NCBI GenBank assembly: GCA_963772835.1
Contig: CAVYYZ010000002.1
Span: 64,001 to 128,000 of the forward strand
Direction of reading: 5' to 3'
Length of the DNA stretch: 64,000 bases
Source: an uncultured delta proteobacterium
GTDB lineage: Bacteria; Desulfobacterota; Desulfuromonadia; Geobacterales; Pseudopelobacteraceae
In this document: piece after piece, positions 61,085-64,000 of the stretch
How positions within the stretch are numbered: position 1 is the first letter of the stretch
Layout: the number at the start of each line of letters is the position of its first letter
The notes under the pieces: generated by a model
Database searches by the model: none
What the model saw: the letters and a program-made list of their open reading frames with translations, nothing else
What the model was told of the DNA's origin: nothing
Translations under genes and position numbers: made by a program

Positions 61085-62389
61085 TCACACATCAACAGTG
61101 CTGTTTCGACAGTACGTTTCCTTGATCCTGCCGGCTCCGGCAACTGCGATAATCGAAAATGCGAGCATAATCATAAAACCGGCATGATAATCCGAAGATG
61201 CATATACCCGTACTCCCTTTTCGATCCGGCCATTCCAGTCCTGGTCCAGTGCCCAGCCAAACAGCGGCTGCATAACCGCTGCTCCGAAAAACAGCCCTGT
61301 GTTTACCAGGCCGACCGCCATACCGGACAAAGCCGGCGCAACAACCTCCTTGGCATTGGCAAAGGTAACGACAAAGCCGCCCGAACTGAGGCCGAGCAGG
61401 GCAAACAGAGCAACACCCACCGGTCCCGGGGTCCACGACAGAAATGCCAGACCGAGGCACGCGCCTGCGTAGAGAAGCGTTCCGCCCATTATGACCGGTT
61501 TCCGCCTCCCTATACGATCCGAAAACCACCCGGCCAACATGGAACCGACGGCAAACCCTGCCAGCGCACATGTGGTATATACTGCTGCGTCCGATCGCCC
61601 CAGGCCGTGAACGTCACGCAAAAACGGGATTGCCCATAACCCCACAAACGCAAGCATGTTGCCGACCATCCCGAGATCCACCAACAATAACGGCCATATC
61701 GATCCGGTTACGAAAACACACTTCAGGTCGTCCCACCAATGTTTTTTACTGGCAGGATGGCTTAACTTTCCCTCCATCTGACGTATGGACGGAAAACCCA
61801 TATCCTCGGGGCGATTGCGCACTAACAGCAGCGCAAGCAGGGCAAGAAGCAGTGTGACACCTCCCAGTGCCATGAACACTGAACGCCAGGAATAACTGCG
61901 CAGCACCCCGGCCAGGGGGCCGGCCGAAGCCATTGCGCCAATGTTACCCAGCAGCACCGTCAATCCGCTGATCATACCGAAGTTTCGATCACTGAACCAG
62001 ACACTGTTACTTTTGAAAAGCCCGACAAAAACCACCGAAACACCAAGCCCGACCAAGGCTCGCCCTACTGATGCCGCGGCAAACGTCCCGGACATTCCAA
62101 ACAGAATTGATCCGCATCCGGCCACAAGAGTGCCGGCCGTGATCGTGATCCGCGCCCCCAAGGTGTCGGCCAGAACCCCTGCCGGAATTTGCATTGCGGT
62201 GTAGATGTAGAAATACATCGCCGCAAGCGACCCGAGTGCCGCTCCCGAGGTATTGAAGGCCTTCATCAAATCTGAAGAAATAACCGCCGGGGCCATGCGG
62301 TGAAAAAACACCAGCATATAAATAGCCGACAGAACAGCGTAAATCGACCAGCGCGCCAACAGAAAGCGGGAATGATTGTGGGTGGTCAC
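61085..62389 (-). CDS. MFS transporter
   Basis: About 12 hydrophobic segments, G.LAD.LG.R and SDRIGRRKP motifs. The likely GTG start overlaps the upstream stop (GTGA). Confidence 0.85.
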   Translation of the reverse strand: MTTHNHSRFLLARWSIYAVLSAIYMLVFFHRMAPAVISSDLMKAFNTSGAALGSLAAMYFYIYTAMQIPAGVLADTLGARITITAGTLVAGCGSILFGMSGTFAAASVGRALVGLGVSVVFVGLFKSNSVWFSDRNFGMISGLTVLLGNIGAMASAGPLAGVLRSYSWRSVFMALGGVTLLLALLALLLVRNRPEDMGFPSIRQMEGKLSHPASKKHWWDDLKCVFVTGSIWPLLLVDLGMVGNMLAFVGLWAIPFLRDVHGLGRSDAAVYTTCALAGFAVGSMLAGWFSDRIGRRKPVIMGGTLLYAGACLGLAFLSWTPGPVGVALFALLGLSSGGFVVTFANAKEVVAPALSGMAVGLVNTGLFFGAAVMQPLFGWALDQDWNGRIEKGVRVYASSDYHAGFMIMLAFSIIAVAGAGRIKETYCRNSTVDV

Positions 62390-64000
62390 GCCGTTTCGCC
62401 CATATCCTCCAGCTGCAGTTCCTTGATCGCCATTTCTCGCATCTTGAATTTCTGGATTTTGCCGGAAGCGGTCATTGGATAGCCGTCGACAAACGTAACG
62501 TATTTCGGAATTTTGTAGTTGGCAATCTTGTCCCGGCAAAAATCGCGTACTTCATCTGCCGTCATCGCCATTCCCTTTTTGAGGATGATGGCGGCCATGA
62601 CCTGCTCGCCGTATTTTTTGTCGGGGACTCCATAGACCTGAATATCAGAAACCTTGGGGTGGGTGTAGAGGAATTCTTCGATTTCGCGCGGGTAAATATT
62701 CTCACCGCCGCGGATGATCATATTCTTGATTCTTCCGGTGATTTTGCAATAGCCGTTTTCGTCCATGATCGCCAGGTCACCGGTATGGAGCCAATTGTCA
62801 CTGTCGATGGCGCGGGCGGTTTCGTCCGGCATTTTGTAGTACCCTTTCATGACGTGGTACCCGCGAGTGCAGAGTTCCCCCTGTTTGCCGGGCGGGAGGG
62901 ATTCACCGGTTTCGATGTCGACGATTTTTACTTCAACGTCCGGAAGTGAGCGCCCGACAGTGGCGACGCGCAGTTCGAGAGCGTCGTCAGTGCGGGTCTG
63001 GGTGATGACCGGTGATGATTCGGTCTGACCGTAGGCGATGGTTATTTCAGAAGCGTGCATGTCGCTGTTGACTTTTTTCATGACTTCAATCGGACAGTTG
63101 GAACCGGCCATGATTCCGGTGCGCAGGGTTGATAGATCAAAGTTTTTGAATTCCGGGTGTTCCAGTTCGGCGATGAACATTGTGGGCACGCCATGTACGG
63201 CAGTGCATTTTTCTTTTTCGACCGTCTGCAGGACTTTAAGCGGGTCAAAAATTTCAACCGGGACCATGGTTGTGCCGTGGGTAACACAGGCCATGACTCC
63301 CAGAACGCAGCCGAAACAATGGAAAAAAGGCACCGGAATGCAAAGCCGGTCTTTTTCGGTGAATTTCATGCATTCACCGATATTGAAGCCGTTATTGACG
63401 ATGTTGTAGTGGGTAAGCATTACCCCTTTGGGGAAGCCGGTAGTGCCTGAAGTGTACTGCATGTTTATGGTTTCATGGCAGTCCAGTGTGGCTTCGACTG
63501 CAGCAAGTTGCGCGTCGGACACCCCCTCCCCCATTCTGATGATGCTGTCGAAGTTGAACATGCCGGCCGGAGTCTCCCCGCCGATGAAGAATACGTTTTT
63601 CAGGCAGGGCAGCTTGGGGCTGTTAAGCATGCCCGGTGCAGATGCCGCCAGCTCGGGGACGACGCCTGAGAGAGTTTCGACGTAGTTGGTATCTTTGAAG
63701 GAACCGACCATGAAGAGCGAGGTGGAGTCGGACTGTTTCAGAATGTATTCGAGCTCGGCTGATTTGTAACTGGTGTTGACGGTGACAAGGATGGCGCCGA
63801 TTTTGGCTGAGGCAAACTGGAGCAGGACCCATTCAGGGACGTTGTAGGCCCAGATGGCGATGTTGTCCCCTTTTTTGATGCCGAGCTGCAACAGCCCCTT
63901 GGCTATCTGGCGGCAGGTGTCGTTAAACTGTTTGTAGCTGTAGCGTAGCCCGCGATCCGGGTAGACGAGCGCTTCGTTGTCAGGGTAGCGACGAGCCATG
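62386..64000 (-). CDS. AMP-forming acyl-CoA synthetase (5' end probably beyond the window)
   Basis: YTSGTTGFPKG, AYGQTE, LHTGD, GRIKNMIIRGGENIYP and TASGKIQK. Confidence 0.87.
   Translation of the reverse strand, partial: MARRYPDNEALVYPDRGLRYSYKQFNDTCRQIAKGLLQLGIKKGDNIAIWAYNVPEWVLLQFASAKIGAILVTVNTSYKSAELEYILKQSDSTSLFMVGSFKDTNYVETLSGVVPELAASAPGMLNSPKLPCLKNVFFIGGETPAGMFNFDSIIRMGEGVSDAQLAAVEATLDCHETINMQYTSGTTGFPKGVMLTHYNIVNNGFNIGECMKFTEKDRLCIPVPFFHCFGCVLGVMACVTHGTTMVPVEIFDPLKVLQTVEKEKCTAVHGVPTMFIAELEHPEFKNFDLSTLRTGIMAGSNCPIEVMKKVNSDMHASEITIAYGQTESSPVITQTRTDDALELRVATVGRSLPDVEVKIVDIETGESLPPGKQGELCTRGYHVMKGYYKMPDETARAIDSDNWLHTGDLAIMDENGYCKITGRIKNMIIRGGENIYPREIEEFLYTHPKVSDIQVYGVPDKKYGEQVMAAIILKKGMAMTADEVRDFCRDKIANYKIPKYVTFVDGYPMTASGKIQKFKMREMAIKELQLEDMGETA

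Noticed and set aside
62386..64000. Benzoate-CoA ligase (bamY)
   Set aside because: The motifs fit a generic medium-chain acyl-CoA synthetase family. No bamY or ETF genes were recognised in this window.
1..64000. CRISPR arrays, tRNA/rRNA, IS elements, prophage
   Set aside because: No spaced direct repeats, RNA gene structures, transposase or phage genes were seen by eye. A computational scan would be needed to exclude short RNAs.

Overview
Anaerobic aromatic-catabolism region, almost all on the minus strand, from a strictly anaerobic deltaproteobacterium (Geobacteraceae/Desulfuromonadia-like, judged from gene content). Core: the class II tungsten benzoyl-CoA reductase bamBCDEFGHI (24.7-35.3 kb), where BamF needs selenocysteine read-through and BamE has an apparent +1 frameshift, plus the ring-cleavage genes had/bamQ, dch/bamR and oah/bamA and lower beta-oxidation genes. 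A tightly spaced run of at least 15 kb starts at bamA. It continues through a non-decarboxylating-type glutaryl-CoA dehydrogenase, GcdA, an OadA/PycB-like protein with two biotinyl domains (no membrane Na+ pump subunit in the window), a methyltransferase, a radical dehydratase activator with one dehydratase subunit, an ADP-forming CoA ligase, a CoA transferase, PaaK and IorA. Also present: a GNAT/Rrf2 (BadL/BadM-BgeR-like) regulatory module, a sigma54-controlled phenylpropanoid uptake/activation operon, and a 9-kb plus-strand accessory block. Strongest leads: (i) a candidate soluble glutaconyl-CoA:pyruvate transcarboxylase; (ii) a palindromic operator GTA-N5-GTAC-N5-TAC at five promoters; (iii) an orphan ATP-driven radical dehydratase/reductase module apparently co-regulated with bamA; (iv) a cou-like operon that may use beta-oxidation. 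No rRNA, tRNA, CRISPR array or transposase was recognised. All calls come from motif recognition by eye, without database searches.
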